From Cyanobacteria bacterium P01_A01_bin.123 (lineage in GTDB: Bacteria; Cyanobacteriota; Cyanobacteriia; Phormidesmidales; Phormidesmidaceae), in assembly GCA_039815185.1 (NCBI GenBank), contig JBCBZT010000002.1:64001-128000 (forward strand): a stretch of 64,000 nt of DNA, in the 5' to 3' direction. Shown here piece by piece: positions 16,683-27,454 of this stretch. The notes beneath the pieces are model-generated. The model searched no databases and was not told the origin of the DNA. It saw only the letters and a list, made by a program, of their open reading frames with translations. Position numbers and translations under genes: made by a program. The first letter of the stretch is position 1; each line of letters begins with the position of its first letter.

Positions 16683-19600
16683 TCAATCTGTAGAGCTTCC
16701 GGCAGACACAAGCTCACGTACTTTAGCCGTTTGATTATTTTTGGGTGTTGATTGACGGCGTTTGAAGAGTAGATAGGCGGCGGGTGTGAAATAGAGCGCC
16801 AAGATGGGAGAACCGCCGATACCCCCTGCGATCGCGATCGCTAAGGGTCGCCAAAACGGATCGCCATCCATTAGCAAGGGGACAAAGCCGACCATGGTGG
16901 TAATCGTGGTGGTTAAGACGTGGCGGGTGGCCTTGACCACAACGGCTTGCACCGCTTTAGGGTTGCCCTGGCTCGCCTCAGGGTCTTCGTTAAAGGCTGA
17001 GAGCACAATGATTGCCCCGTTAATCGCAATCCCAACTAGCCCCATAATGCCGACGATCGCCATGAAGCCCATCAGCGACCCAAACACCTTGAGCGCAAAT
17101 AGGGCCATGCCGATCGATCCGATCGCGACTGCGGCCACAATGCCCGCCTGCCGAAAGGAACCCAAAGACAAGACTAGCGCGGTTACCATCACCAGCAATA
17201 GCAGCGGCACATAGAGCAGCAGGTTGCCGACAGCCGAGTTGCGGGCTTCATATTCACCGCCAAACTCGTACCCATAACCGGGCGGTAACTCAAAATTTTC
17301 AGCCGCTAGTTTATCTTGCAGGGCGGTAAGCACCTGGCTGGGCAACACCCCAGCGGTGATAAATATTTGCAGGGTATTGACCCGCTGCTCATCCCGGCGG
17401 GCAATGCTGGCGGCCTCGGGCAAAAGTTCAAATTCCCCGAGGGCAGCGGTGGGGCGAAATGCCCGATCTTGGCCTTGATCGGGCCTCAAATCGAGAGATG
17501 CCAGCCTTTCTAGGCTAGCCCGGTCGGGATTCGCCAAGCGCACCCGCACGGGAAGATTTTCGGTCGATTCCAAAATTGCGCCACCCGTCACCCCTTCTGA
17601 ATAGGCTGCCAGCTGTTGGGCAATGGTGGTGTTGTCGAGCTGGGCCTGCTGCACCTGTTCGTTGTCTACCACCAGACCCAACTTGGGGAGCCCTGCAGTC
17701 AAGTCATCCCGCACTTGCACCACATCTGGAATTTGGGTCGCCATTTCTCGCACCTGGATACCAAACTGCCGCAGCGTTTCAATATCGGGGCCGTAGAGAC
17801 GCATTTCCACGGGGGCGTCATAGGGGGGGCCTTGCTGGAGCTGTTGGGCCACAATCTGGGCTGAGGGAAACTGGGCGTCTAGCTCAAGCTGGAGTTCCTG
17901 GACGATACTTTGCACATTCTGCTTAGAGTGGAGCTGTACCATGGCTTGGGCATAGTGGGCTTGGTTTTGACGATTGCCCGTGAGGTTGTAGTAAAACTTG
18001 GGCGCGCTTTCGCCCATGAACCAGTGCACATCTTGGACGGCTTCGTGGGCCAGGATAGTCTCGCTGGCTTGATAAGTCATGGCGCGGGTATGGGCGATTG
18101 CGGTTTGGGGCGCAAACTCGATTTCAATCTGAAACTGGTCGCGGTTGACCAGCGGAAAAAACTGTTCCTCAAGGGTGCCAGCGGTGATAAAGCCGATCAG
18201 CGGTATGGCCAGGGTTACCGCAACGGCCAGTAAGGGCCGAGCTGTGACGCGACCGATTGACCCACGATACAGCCGACCCAAGCGGGGAGATGAAACCCCC
18301 TCATTCCACCAGGCACCGGGCTTCAGCAAAACCATCACCGCTTTATCGCGGAGGCTAGGTTGGGCACTGTGGCTGGCCCGTTCATAATCACGATTGCTGT
18401 TGCTGAGCATGCGCCCTGCCAGGGCTGCAATCACGGTCAGCGAAATCGCCAGGGACGAAATCAACGACAAAATTACGCTGAGGGCGATGGAGCCGACAAA
18501 CTCGCCTGCAGCCCCCGGTAGCAAATAAATCGGCAAAAAGGTGAGGACGGTGGTTAGGGTTGAGGCAAATAGCGGTACCTGTAGGTATTTGACGGTTCTG
18601 GTCACGGCCTGTAGCGGCGGCATCCCGTGCTGCAGTTCCACCTGAATTTCATCGACCACGACGACAGCATTGTCGATCAGCAACCCGAGGGCAATGATTA
18701 ACCCGGTGACCGACATTTGATGGATGGGCACACCGAAGACACTCATCCAGCCGAGGACGGCAAAAATGCTCAGCGGCAGGGCCAAACCCACTACCAGTGC
18801 TGATCGAAAGCCCATGCCCACCAGCGCCACCAGGATCACGAGCCCTGCCCCAAACACCAAATTCAAAATCAAGGTGCCGATGCGCTGGTCAACATAGCCG
18901 CTTTGATCAAATAGAACATCTAAGCTCACCCCTTCAGGCAGTCGTTCGCGAAAGGCCTCAAGCTGCGATCGCACTGCTGCCGCCCACTGATCAATCCTTA
19001 GTCCAGACTGCATCATCACCCCTAGGGCAACCGCCGGCTTGCCGCTGACAATCGCCTGATCGCTAAGGGGATAGCGGACCCCACGGCTGACCCCAGCAAT
19101 GTCACTGAGTCGCGTAAACTGACCGCCGCTGGTTTGAATCGGCAGTTGGCGAATTTGCTCTAGGGTTTTGAGTTCACTTTCAACCTCAATGGCCAAATTT
19201 TGGTCTGGGCTCCGCAGCTGTCCAGCGGTGACTTTGGCGTCGCTGAGGTTGACCTGCTGGGCCAGTTGCTGGGGAGATAACCCAACGCTGACCAGTTTTG
19301 AGGCGTCAATTTCCACCAAAATCTCTTCATCCGGGCTGCCAAAGAATTCCACCTCTTCAGTGCCGTCCACGCCCCGCATCACCACGGCTAACTCGTCGGC
19401 ATAGCGGCGCAACACGGCATAGTTGGGTTCGGTGGGCAGATTCCAAGTTAGTGAAGTGATCACGGTGTAGGCTTTGGTGCTGGCTTCATCTAGCTCTGGG
19501 GCGAGGGCACCAGTGGGGAACTCGGCAGCCGCATCAGCCATTTCATCTCGCACCTTGGCCCAGATCGGTTGGGCGTTGTTCACCGCATCCACAAGTTCGA

Positions 19601-19883
19601 CCAGTACTGTTGAAAACCCGACCCGCGAGTCGGATTCTAAAACGTCAATTTCCTCAAGTTCTGACAGTTCCTCTTCGAGCACAGTGGTCACCAGTGCTTC
19701 AACTCGCTCGGCACTGGCCCCCGGAAAGGCCGTTTTGACCACCGCGACCCGTGACACCAGTTCAGGATCTTCTTGACGCGGCAGGGCCTGAAAGGAAGAG
19801 ATCCCCCAGGCTAAAAGCATGACGATGGTGAGAATTAGGAGGCGAATATTTTTATAAAAGGGGCGGACCATGGGTTTCTCCAA
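16683..19883 (-). CDS. RND efflux transporter permease (AcrB/AcrD/AcrF family)
   Basis: 1066 aa with GLLIDNAVVV and two large periplasmic loops. Confidence 0.93.
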   Translation of the reverse strand: MEKPMVRPFYKNIRLLILTIVMLLAWGISSFQALPRQEDPELVSRVAVVKTAFPGASAERVEALVTTVLEEELSELEEIDVLESDSRVGFSTVLVELVDAVNNAQPIWAKVRDEMADAAAEFPTGALAPELDEASTKAYTVITSLTWNLPTEPNYAVLRRYADELAVVMRGVDGTEEVEFFGSPDEEILVEIDASKLVSVGLSPQQLAQQVNLSDAKVTAGQLRSPDQNLAIEVESELKTLEQIRQLPIQTSGGQFTRLSDIAGVSRGVRYPLSDQAIVSGKPAVALGVMMQSGLRIDQWAAAVRSQLEAFRERLPEGVSLDVLFDQSGYVDQRIGTLILNLVFGAGLVILVALVGMGFRSALVVGLALPLSIFAVLGWMSVFGVPIHQMSVTGLIIALGLLIDNAVVVVDEIQVELQHGMPPLQAVTRTVKYLQVPLFASTLTTVLTFLPIYLLPGAAGEFVGSIALSVILSLISSLAISLTVIAALAGRMLSNSNRDYERASHSAQPSLRDKAVMVLLKPGAWWNEGVSSPRLGRLYRGSIGRVTARPLLAVAVTLAIPLIGFITAGTLEEQFFPLVNRDQFQIEIEFAPQTAIAHTRAMTYQASETILAHEAVQDVHWFMGESAPKFYYNLTGNRQNQAHYAQAMVQLHSKQNVQSIVQELQLELDAQFPSAQIVAQQLQQGPPYDAPVEMRLYGPDIETLRQFGIQVREMATQIPDVVQVRDDLTAGLPKLGLVVDNEQVQQAQLDNTTIAQQLAAYSEGVTGGAILESTENLPVRVRLANPDRASLERLASLDLRPDQGQDRAFRPTAALGEFELLPEAASIARRDEQRVNTLQIFITAGVLPSQVLTALQDKLAAENFELPPGYGYEFGGEYEARNSAVGNLLLYVPLLLLVMVTALVLSLGSFRQAGIVAAVAIGSIGMALFALKVFGSLMGFMAIVGIMGLVGIAINGAIIVLSAFNEDPEASQGNPKAVQAVVVKATRHVLTTTITTMVGFVPLLMDGDPFWRPLAIAIAGGIGGSPILALYFTPAAYLLFKRRQSTPKNNQTAKVRELVSAGSSTD

Positions 19884-19889
19884 ATTCCT

Positions 19890-21245
19890 CTACAAGGGCT
19901 GGACTTGTTGTCCTGGTACGAGGCGATGGGTGCCATTGGCCACAATGCGATCGCCGGATTGTAGCGTCCCGCGTACCAAGACCCGCTCGGCTTCCTGATG
20001 GATAATCTCGACGGCTTGGGGCTGAACTTCGTAATGGTCTGGATTATTGTCATTGGGTTGAACCAGCACGTAGCAGTTCCACAATCCTCGAATGCCTTGG
20101 GTTAAGGCCTCGGTGGGTAGCCAAACGCCATCGGCTGGAATCGTATCCACCATTTCTACCCGCGCGGTTTGCCCCGGGCTCAGGTTGGTAATGGCGGCTT
20201 CTGCTAAGCGAAACACCACAATTTGGGTGCGGGTTTCGGCATCGACTTCTGGCAAGATCGCGACCACGGTTGCCGAGTAGGTTTCTGAACCAAGTTTGAG
20301 GGTTTGAGTGTTGCCCACTTGCAGTTGATTGACCGTATCTGTCGGCATGCCGATTCGCGCTTCTGGGGCTGCATTTTCCACCAGCCGAACGACGGATTGC
20401 CCTGAGCTGACAACGGTTCCTTCGTCAATTTGCCGGGTTGAAATAATGCCGTCAAAGGGGGCAGTGATGGTGCTTTTGCGGATGTTGACATCGACGTTTG
20501 CGATTCTGGCATCAAGCTGCTGAACCCGAGCTTGCTGGGCGGCGATTTGTTCTTGACGGGTGCCGTTGCGCAGCTCTCGCAAATTGCTGCGTGTTTGATC
20601 CAAGCGGGCCTCTAATGATCCTTGGCCAAAAGCAAATTCATCCAGTTCTTCTCTAGAAATTGCGCCTTCGGTGTAGAGGGCTTCGCGACGCGATCGCTGG
20701 GTTTGTTGCAAGGCGAGCTGCTGCTCTAGATCTCGCACAGCTGCTTCAGCAGCGGCGATATCTTCACTCCGGGGGCCGGTTTGCAGCTCGTTGAGTTGGG
20801 CCATGGCCTCTGCCTTTTCGGCTTCGAGCTGTTGCCGTTCGGTTTGCAGATTGCTGGTATCTAGGCGGGCAAGGGGGGTGCCAGCCGTAACGCGATCGCC
20901 CTCTTGGACGGTGACCTCAACCAATTGTCCCCCCCGTTCAAATCCCAAGTCGCTAGAACGCAGGGCAGCAATCTCACCCGTGTAGGCCCTTGACACCTCG
21001 TAGCTGGAAACAGTTTCAACGGTGAGCATCTCGACCGGCAACACTCTGGCCCCATTGGTTGCGCTCGATTCTGCCGCTGGCGCCAACTGTGTTTTGACAA
21101 TGGGGACGGCAAAAGTGAGCAACAACCCGGCTGTGCCAATACTGATCAACAAACGGGGATAGCGATTAAATTGCCGATGTAAATGGCTCACAATGCCGAG
21201 TTTGGAACGGGTGTGAATCTGTTTTGATAGCAGGGAATTAGACAT
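19890..21245 (-). CDS. RND periplasmic adaptor (membrane fusion protein)
   Basis: Lipoyl-like VQEGDRV/ITAPFDG halves flank a coiled coil. ATG at 21245 preferred because the TTG at 21278 lies within an operator. Confidence 0.9.
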   Translation of the reverse strand: MSNSLLSKQIHTRSKLGIVSHLHRQFNRYPRLLISIGTAGLLLTFAVPIVKTQLAPAAESSATNGARVLPVEMLTVETVSSYEVSRAYTGEIAALRSSDLGFERGGQLVEVTVQEGDRVTAGTPLARLDTSNLQTERQQLEAEKAEAMAQLNELQTGPRSEDIAAAEAAVRDLEQQLALQQTQRSRREALYTEGAISREELDEFAFGQGSLEARLDQTRSNLRELRNGTRQEQIAAQQARVQQLDARIANVDVNIRKSTITAPFDGIISTRQIDEGTVVSSGQSVVRLVENAAPEARIGMPTDTVNQLQVGNTQTLKLGSETYSATVVAILPEVDAETRTQIVVFRLAEAAITNLSPGQTARVEMVDTIPADGVWLPTEALTQGIRGLWNCYVLVQPNDNNPDHYEVQPQAVEIIHQEAERVLVRGTLQSGDRIVANGTHRLVPGQQVQPL

Positions 21246-21274
21246 CTTGATATCTCTGGAGGAGCAATTGTTGG

Positions 21275-21360
21275 TCAAACGTATGTTTTAATTTGATTCA
21301 GCAATTTAATTTTTGTCGCTATTCAAACGGTCGTTTGATATAATTAAAACGTACGTTTGA
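21275..21360. promoter_or_regulatory. Three TetR-type operator palindromes (consensus TCAAACGNNCGTTTGA)
   Basis: TCAAACGTATGTTTTA (21275-21290), TCAAACGGTCGTTTGA (21323-21338) and TAAAACGTACGTTTGA (21345-21360), between the divergent tetR and RND genes. Confidence 0.75.
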
Positions 21361-21493
21361 ATAAATCGCAAGGAAATCGTTTAGCCCATTGCTTACAAGG
21401 GGTTGCCGGCGGGGAAGGCAACGATTTCCTGTGCGGATGTCGCCTCAAGCCGTTTCTCGTCTAGCATGAACGCAGTTTGTATGTTGTCAGGCT

Positions 21494-22132
21494 ATGGTTG
21501 CCGCCACTTTGACAGATACCAAAACAGATACTAAAGAACAGATTCTCAATGTTGCCGAGCGGCTGTTTGCCGAGCGGGGTTTTGTGGGTGCTACGCTCCG
21601 CAACGTGGTTGGTGAAGCTGGCGTCAATCTGGCAGCGGTACACTATCACTTTGGTTCTAAGGAAGAATTGTTTCGATCCGTCGTGGTTCGCATTGCTGAA
21701 CCCGTCGTCGAGCAAGAGCTACATCTCCTCAACCAGCTTCAGCAGCACGAAGAAGACCCATCGGTGGAAGCGATTTTAACGGCCCTATTGGCCCCACCCT
21801 TGGAATTGCTGACGACAGATGGCAGTGTTCAAATGGTGGTTAGGGCTCAGTTTATGGGCCGCTGCCGCACTGAACCAGAACCGATTCAAAGCATTGGTGA
21901 ACAAGCCTTTAGTGCAGCCAATCAGGCGTTTTTGGATGCCCTACAGCGAGCCTTGCCAGAACAATCGCGATCGCAGCTCCGCTGGAAACTCGATCTAGTG
22001 ATTGCAGCCTTAATTCGGGTTCTCAATGAGATCGGCAAACCGAATGCGTTGCTTCAAAGTAGTGCACCAGAAGATATCGAGCAAACGATTCCGCGACTGG
22101 TTAGTTTTCTGGCTGCAGGGATGCGGACTTGA
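21494..22132 (+). CDS. TetR/AcrR family transcriptional regulator
   Basis: HTH TKEQILNVAERLFAERGF...AGVNLAAVHYHFGSKEEL. Confidence 0.95.
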   Translation: MVAATLTDTKTDTKEQILNVAERLFAERGFVGATLRNVVGEAGVNLAAVHYHFGSKEELFRSVVVRIAEPVVEQELHLLNQLQQHEEDPSVEAILTALLAPPLELLTTDGSVQMVVRAQFMGRCRTEPEPIQSIGEQAFSAANQAFLDALQRALPEQSRSQLRWKLDLVIAALIRVLNEIGKPNALLQSSAPEDIEQTIPRLVSFLAAGMRT

Positions 22133-22190
22133 GAGGAAGGAGATTCCAGTTCAAGAGACCTTAACTCGTTGGCTGTAAGCGATCGCTCAG

Positions 22191-22403
22191 CTAAGCCAGT
22201 TTTAAAGCATTTACGGGTACATCTTCCCAAGTCTCAACAGTTCTAAGCCGGACAATCCAGCCAGCCTGTTGCTGTTCTGGGGTTAGATTTTGCTGAAATG
22301 ACTGATTACACGCCATTGCCTGGGTCTCATCGACACAGGCAATGCAGGCATAGAGAATGCCGCAGGGATCAATTTGTTCATTCACCCAAATAACGGTTGC
22401 CAT
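22191..22403 (-). CDS. Conserved small cyanobacterial hypothetical protein
   Basis: IWVNEQIDPCGILYACIAC...W..VP..ALKL. Lies downstream of hmpF. Confidence 0.7.
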   Translation of the reverse strand: MATVIWVNEQIDPCGILYACIACVDETQAMACNQSFQQNLTPEQQQAGWIVRLRTVETWEDVPVNALKLA

Positions 22404-22476
22404 GTGCAGACTCCAGCAAAACACTTCCCATTAGCGTGACAGCCTGCGTAAGCGATGGCAAGGGGCAGTGACAGAC

Positions 22477-24240
22477 CTAGGATGCAGCCATTTCAGAGGT
22501 ATGCTCACCCGCAACACTGGTGATCGTTTGACGCATGTCTGCGATCGCCTGGAGCTGATAATCGCTAGCTTCTTGAAATTTAGCCAGTTCCCCAGCCAAC
22601 TCTTCTAGCTTTTGCTTGAGGGTATTGAGTTTCTCTTGGTTAGGAGTCAGTAGCTCTTCATAAAGGCCGACCTTACCGCGCAAAATCCCTAATTGATTGC
22701 GCTGTTCAAGCAGTTCTTCTTCAAGTTGCTTGATCGCGTCTCTCTGGCCTGAGTGATCGTCTGATTTCTTCTGGATCTCTTGTTTCAATCCGTCAATCTG
22801 TTCATGTAAGGCTTTGACATCGTCTTCGAGCTGCTGCAAGTGGGTCGAGGTTTGTTGCCGAAAACTATCAATTTGAGTTAGCAATGGCTCTAAATCGATA
22901 GAACTTGCAGGGGCTGCTTCCTCCGTGCTTAATCCCTGACGACGCATTAACACCGCTTGATGCTGACTCAAAATTTCCTGCCGTTCCAACAGGTTCCGTC
23001 GTTGACCCACCAGGGTTTCATTTAACATCTGGTAGCGGTCTTGCTCTTCAGCCAATTCTGTTTCCATCTGGAGGCGCTCGTATTCACTGACCTCAGGCAT
23101 TTTGACCTTGATTTCATCAATGGCCTGCTGCTGGAGTGTGAGTTCTTCCTCTTGCTCGTTCACAAATCGGGATACTTTGTCTAAGTCTTTCTCGAGATCA
23201 GACACGGTTGACTGCAAATCTTCCATGGACATGGTTTCCAAGGCACTAACGTCCACTTTGTCTCCTAGCCGGACTTTGTCTGACGTGTTCAATAATGCAT
23301 AAACTTGCTGATGCAGGTTGCTTTGAGCCTGCTGGGTCTCGGAAATCGCCTTAATTTGTCGTTGCTTTTGCTCCAACAAACCCTGCTGAAGCTTGAGATC
23401 GGCTTTGAGATTCGATAATTGAGCGTCTGACTCGTGCCAGCTTTTCCAGCGATCGCGGATCTCATCTGCCTGCTGACCAACGTGATCTTGCTGCTCGTTT
23501 AGCTTGGAACGATCTTGCTCCAGCATTTGCCAAGATTCATCAAGCTTGCCTTGATGACTACCCACGCCATCAAGAGCCGAATTGAGCTGCTCACGGATCG
23601 ATTCTGTAGGGGCGATCGCCCCTGTTAGGCGACTCAGAGACTCCTGAATACGCTGCATCTCAGCTTCACCCAGACCAGACTGTAGCTGCATCTCCTCCTG
23701 CCGTTCTTCCAGCCGCCGCATTTCACCATTGAGATGGGCCCAAGCACCGTCTAACTCCTGGGTTTTCCGTTCTAGTTCCTGTCGCAGTTGCTCCACTTCA
23801 GACCGAGAAGACTCAACCTCCTCGCGTTGATCCTCTAATCGTTCGACATCTGCCTCAGCCTGCTCGATTTGCTCCTGCCGAGCTTCCATTTCCATCTCTC
23901 GGCGATTCAGTTCCTGGCTCTGAAACGTCAGTGACTGCTTCCACTGTTCAATCTCTTCTTCCTGCGCTTTAAATTTCTTATTGAGATTTGAGAAGTTTTG
24001 CAAGATTGAGACCAGTTGGCGTCCGGCTTCAGAGTGACGCTGGATCTGACGATTATTACTCAGGTCAACCATGACCAAAGTCCCCGCACCGTAGGTGGCA
24101 TCGTCAGGCGCTGAGATTACCTCCTCTCCAGGTACAGCGCTCCAGCTCTGTTCACTGCGCTGGCAGGCTAAAAGCTTAAACTCGGCTTTTCCGCTACCGA
24201 TAAATCCACTCTTCCTCTGTACTTCAGCTAAATACAGCAC
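22477..24240 (-). CDS. hmpF: Pilus motility taxis protein HmpF (coiled coil)
   Basis: MLYLAEVQRK...LLACQRSEQSWSAVPGEE N-terminus and long coiled coil. Divergent from the hmp chemosensory cluster. Confidence 0.88.
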   Translation of the reverse strand: MLYLAEVQRKSGFIGSGKAEFKLLACQRSEQSWSAVPGEEVISAPDDATYGAGTLVMVDLSNNRQIQRHSEAGRQLVSILQNFSNLNKKFKAQEEEIEQWKQSLTFQSQELNRREMEMEARQEQIEQAEADVERLEDQREEVESSRSEVEQLRQELERKTQELDGAWAHLNGEMRRLEERQEEMQLQSGLGEAEMQRIQESLSRLTGAIAPTESIREQLNSALDGVGSHQGKLDESWQMLEQDRSKLNEQQDHVGQQADEIRDRWKSWHESDAQLSNLKADLKLQQGLLEQKQRQIKAISETQQAQSNLHQQVYALLNTSDKVRLGDKVDVSALETMSMEDLQSTVSDLEKDLDKVSRFVNEQEEELTLQQQAIDEIKVKMPEVSEYERLQMETELAEEQDRYQMLNETLVGQRRNLLERQEILSQHQAVLMRRQGLSTEEAAPASSIDLEPLLTQIDSFRQQTSTHLQQLEDDVKALHEQIDGLKQEIQKKSDDHSGQRDAIKQLEEELLEQRNQLGILRGKVGLYEELLTPNQEKLNTLKQKLEELAGELAKFQEASDYQLQAIADMRQTITSVAGEHTSEMAAS

Positions 24241-24971
24241 GCTGATCGTCCTCTTTATAACTGGTGCCTAACTTGTTGCCAAGATAAATGAGGGGTCACC
24301 CCTAATTGCCCCTCTAGAAACCTGTGGAACCAGCCTACGGGTTTCAAAATTGAGATTAAACAGCAAACCTCAACCTCGTTCGTGCCTAAAAACAATTTAC
24401 TTGGACACGCCATAGATGATTCTGCCCAGATTTTAACGATGAAACCGAGGTATGACATTAGCCTCGTCTGAGCTCTACGACACAACCTTACGATTACCAA
24501 AGCATAGCCTTGTTCCCATTTGAGGGGGCAGACCGCAGACAGAGCCTCGCCACTAGTATAATTCTGCTCCAATCGATCAACATCTGCTACAGATGTCCCT
24601 TATCGCTTAATTTATTCATTTATAGTAGCTTGACCTCCAAAAAACAGACAAAGAGCCTACTGAAACAAGTTGCTCTCCGTGGTTGCAGCCAATCCATAAT
24701 CCGATAATTCCTGAATTATTATAGAGAAACGCGAATTATACTAAGGGCACATAGTAAGCCTAAATTGGCCATTGGGCATTTTACGTGGTTCTGGATCCGC
24801 CCAAATTCTGGTTATCCAGTTCATTGGAGACTGCCTAGTCCGCAATTGGCTCAATGGCGTAAGATTTTGGCATGGGTTGCTTCAACCTTTGATAACACCG
24901 CTGCTTGGCAGGCTTGGACATCAGTCTTTACAGGTTTCGCATCTTTATAAGTTTTTCCTTCCCGAGGCTTC

Positions 24972-26231
24972 ATGCAGGGACATCTCAATGAAATTGACAT
25001 TCGTAGTATTCTGCAGCTGATTGAGTTAGGCCAGCGCACTGGGGAATTGTACGTTGAAGCTTATGTTGAGGCTGAAGCTGATCGACTCACTGACGCTACC
25101 GGAGATGCCCATCGGGTTCAGCAGGCTTGGTTAGTCTTTTTCTTTAATGGCCAAATTGTTTATGCGGGCAAAACAGATGGCCATTTAGGGCGACTCCGTG
25201 ATTACCTGCACCGTTATGGCTTAGATTATCGGCTCGACAGCACAGTTGTTTCAAAAATTGCCGCGCTGAATTCGCCAGAATATGGCTATTTTTGGACACT
25301 CCTAGAGCAGCATGTCGTCTCTGCCGAGCAGGGTCGTGCCATTCTTCAGGGCATGGTGCACGAGACTTTGTTCGATTTGCTGAGTCTACATCAAGGCTCT
25401 TTTGTGTTTAAGCTCAGCTCAGCGCTGAGTCCTCAACTGATGACGCTAGAGATTGGCCCCCTACTGGCCAATACGATGAAACAGATTCAAGAGTGGAAGC
25501 AATTTCATCCCCATATTCAATCCCCTCAACAACGCCTTGTGATCCCAGATGCTGAGAAACTCAAGGCGCTAATGCCTGAAGTAGCCTTTGTAAAACTTGC
25601 CCACTGGATCAATGGGGAACGCTCAATTCGCCAATTGGCCCGTTATCTAGGACGCGAGATTCCGACCTTTGCTAAAGCCATCTACCCCTACGTGCGGCGG
25701 GGGTTAATCCAATGTGCCCCACTTTCCCTAGAAACGAGCGAAAGGGCGCTTAAAAAGCCAGAAATTTGGCAAGAAACCGAAGTTCCTCGGATCGTTTGCA
25801 TCGATGATGGTGCTGTGATTAGGCAAGCCGTGGAGCAAATTTTAGATAGTTATGGCTATGAGGTGACCTCAATTGGGAATCCCCTTAAGGCTTTGGGGCT
25901 GTTATTTCAGCTCAATCCAGATTTGATTTTGTGTGATATTGCCATGCCTGAGCTAGAAGGCTACGAAATATGCGCTATGTTGCGTCATTCGTCTGCGTTT
26001 CGGCAAACCCCGATTGTGATGTTAACCGGTAGAGATGGCTTCATTGATCGGGTCAAAGCTCGGATGACTGGGGCGACAGACTATCTGACAAAACCTTTTG
26101 GAGCCCATGAATTACTCATGCTGGTGGAGAAATATGTTGGGGCGGGAAATCCTCAGCGCCCCAAGCCAGAGCATCTGCTAGCAGCGGCGATTCAAGATGA
26201 ACTAGAACTTGATATTCAAGGCTCCATTTAG
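24972..26231 (+). CDS. PatA-type response regulator (HmpA/PilG-like)
   Basis: N-terminal PATAN/DUF4388-like region (MQGHLNEIDIRSILQLIELGQRTGEL) and C-terminal receiver domain. Confidence 0.88.
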   Translation: MQGHLNEIDIRSILQLIELGQRTGELYVEAYVEAEADRLTDATGDAHRVQQAWLVFFFNGQIVYAGKTDGHLGRLRDYLHRYGLDYRLDSTVVSKIAALNSPEYGYFWTLLEQHVVSAEQGRAILQGMVHETLFDLLSLHQGSFVFKLSSALSPQLMTLEIGPLLANTMKQIQEWKQFHPHIQSPQQRLVIPDAEKLKALMPEVAFVKLAHWINGERSIRQLARYLGREIPTFAKAIYPYVRRGLIQCAPLSLETSERALKKPEIWQETEVPRIVCIDDGAVIRQAVEQILDSYGYEVTSIGNPLKALGLLFQLNPDLILCDIAMPELEGYEICAMLRHSSAFRQTPIVMLTGRDGFIDRVKARMTGATDYLTKPFGAHELLMLVEKYVGAGNPQRPKPEHLLAAAIQDELELDIQGSI

Positions 26232-26499
26232 GTTGGGTAGGTTTAGGGTGGCCTAAAACAGCTAACTTTTGTTGAGTTTCTGAGGATATGTTGGGCACCT
26301 AGGTACCGTAGAGGCGTGATTTCTATGGAGGATTTTTGAGAAAACTTTAGCAATTCGGAGATTTGGGGGTACCTTATTAGTCACGGGCGCTCTGCGGCTA
26401 TGTGGTGTTGCTCAAAGTAGTGTCGCGTTAGCATCTTAAGAAGTGGTATCTTTTCTAGTTTTTCTGCCAGCAGGGATTCTATTGGTGGGTCGTTAGGGT

Positions 26500-26865
26500 A
26501 TGGGCACAGTTTTGGTGGTGGAAGACAGTGTTGCTCAGCGGGAAATGATTACTGAGCTACTTAGGAAAAGTGGTCTTGATGTTACCGTTGCCAGTGATGG
26601 GGAAGAAGCTCTGGCGGCGATTCAGGGAAAGATGCCGGATTTGGTTGTACTTGACATTGTGATGCCAAAGATGAACGGATATGAAGTGTGTCGGCGGATT
26701 AAGGCCGATCCGACAACTCAAGATGTGCCAGTGGTTATGTGTTCGTCTAAGGGCGAGGAGTTTGACCGTTACTGGGGGATGAAGCAGGGGGCAGATGCTT
26801 ACATCGCTAAGCCATTTCAACCCACTGAACTGATCGGTACGGTTAAGCAATTGTTGCGAGGGTAA
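26500..26865 (+). CDS. hmpB: CheY-like response regulator (HmpB/PilH)
   Basis: Single receiver domain with DRYWGMKQGADAYIAKPF. Confidence 0.85.
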   Translation: MGTVLVVEDSVAQREMITELLRKSGLDVTVASDGEEALAAIQGKMPDLVVLDIVMPKMNGYEVCRRIKADPTTQDVPVVMCSSKGEEFDRYWGMKQGADAYIAKPFQPTELIGTVKQLLRG

Positions 26866-26880
26866 GGGCAGGTAAACACC

Positions 26881-27411
26881 ATGGTGGGCAATCCGGATTT
26901 TCAAACTGGCAGAGGCCAAGATCAAGCCCCTGAACTTCAAGAATTAGAAACGCCAGAAGGCGAACTCCACCTTCGTTTCTTTGTCGCATCAGGGGATGAA
27001 TTTGCACTGCCTGCCACTGGTATTCGTAGAATCATTGAACAGCCCCCTGATCGGATTACGCCTGTTCCTAATGTGTCGCCGCTGCTGCTGGGCACTTTGA
27101 ATGAGCAGGGTCGAGTTATCTGGGTTGCCGATTTGGGGCAATTTTTGGGTTATTCGAAGCAGTTGAATACAGATCGCTCAGAAATTCCGGTGATCGCGGT
27201 TGAAGACCAAGGAACTATGCTAGGCTTAGCCGTTAACCAGATTGTTGGTACTGAATGGCTTGATGTGGAAGAAGTGCATCTATCTAGGAATTACCCAGAT
27301 ACGATGGCTCCTTTCCTAAAGGGAGAGTGGATAGTTGCTTCAGAAAGTGATCGGACACTCAGACTACTCGATCAGATCGCGATTTTGCGGTCTGCAAGAT
27401 GGGCCGCTTAA
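26881..27411 (+). CDS. hmpC: CheW-like adaptor (HmpC/PilI)
   Basis: ITPVPNVSPLLLGTLN..GRVIWVADL and terminal RSARWAA. Confidence 0.85.
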   Translation: MVGNPDFQTGRGQDQAPELQELETPEGELHLRFFVASGDEFALPATGIRRIIEQPPDRITPVPNVSPLLLGTLNEQGRVIWVADLGQFLGYSKQLNTDRSEIPVIAVEDQGTMLGLAVNQIVGTEWLDVEEVHLSRNYPDTMAPFLKGEWIVASESDRTLRLLDQIAILRSARWAA

Positions 27412-27454
27412 CCCGGCGATTGATTTGGATGCTTGCACTGGCAGGAGAAGGTAA

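Noticed and set aside
24255..24950. Short ORFs in the hmpF-hmpA intergenic region
   Set aside because: They overlap on both strands and lack motifs or an RBS. The region is more likely a divergent promoter.
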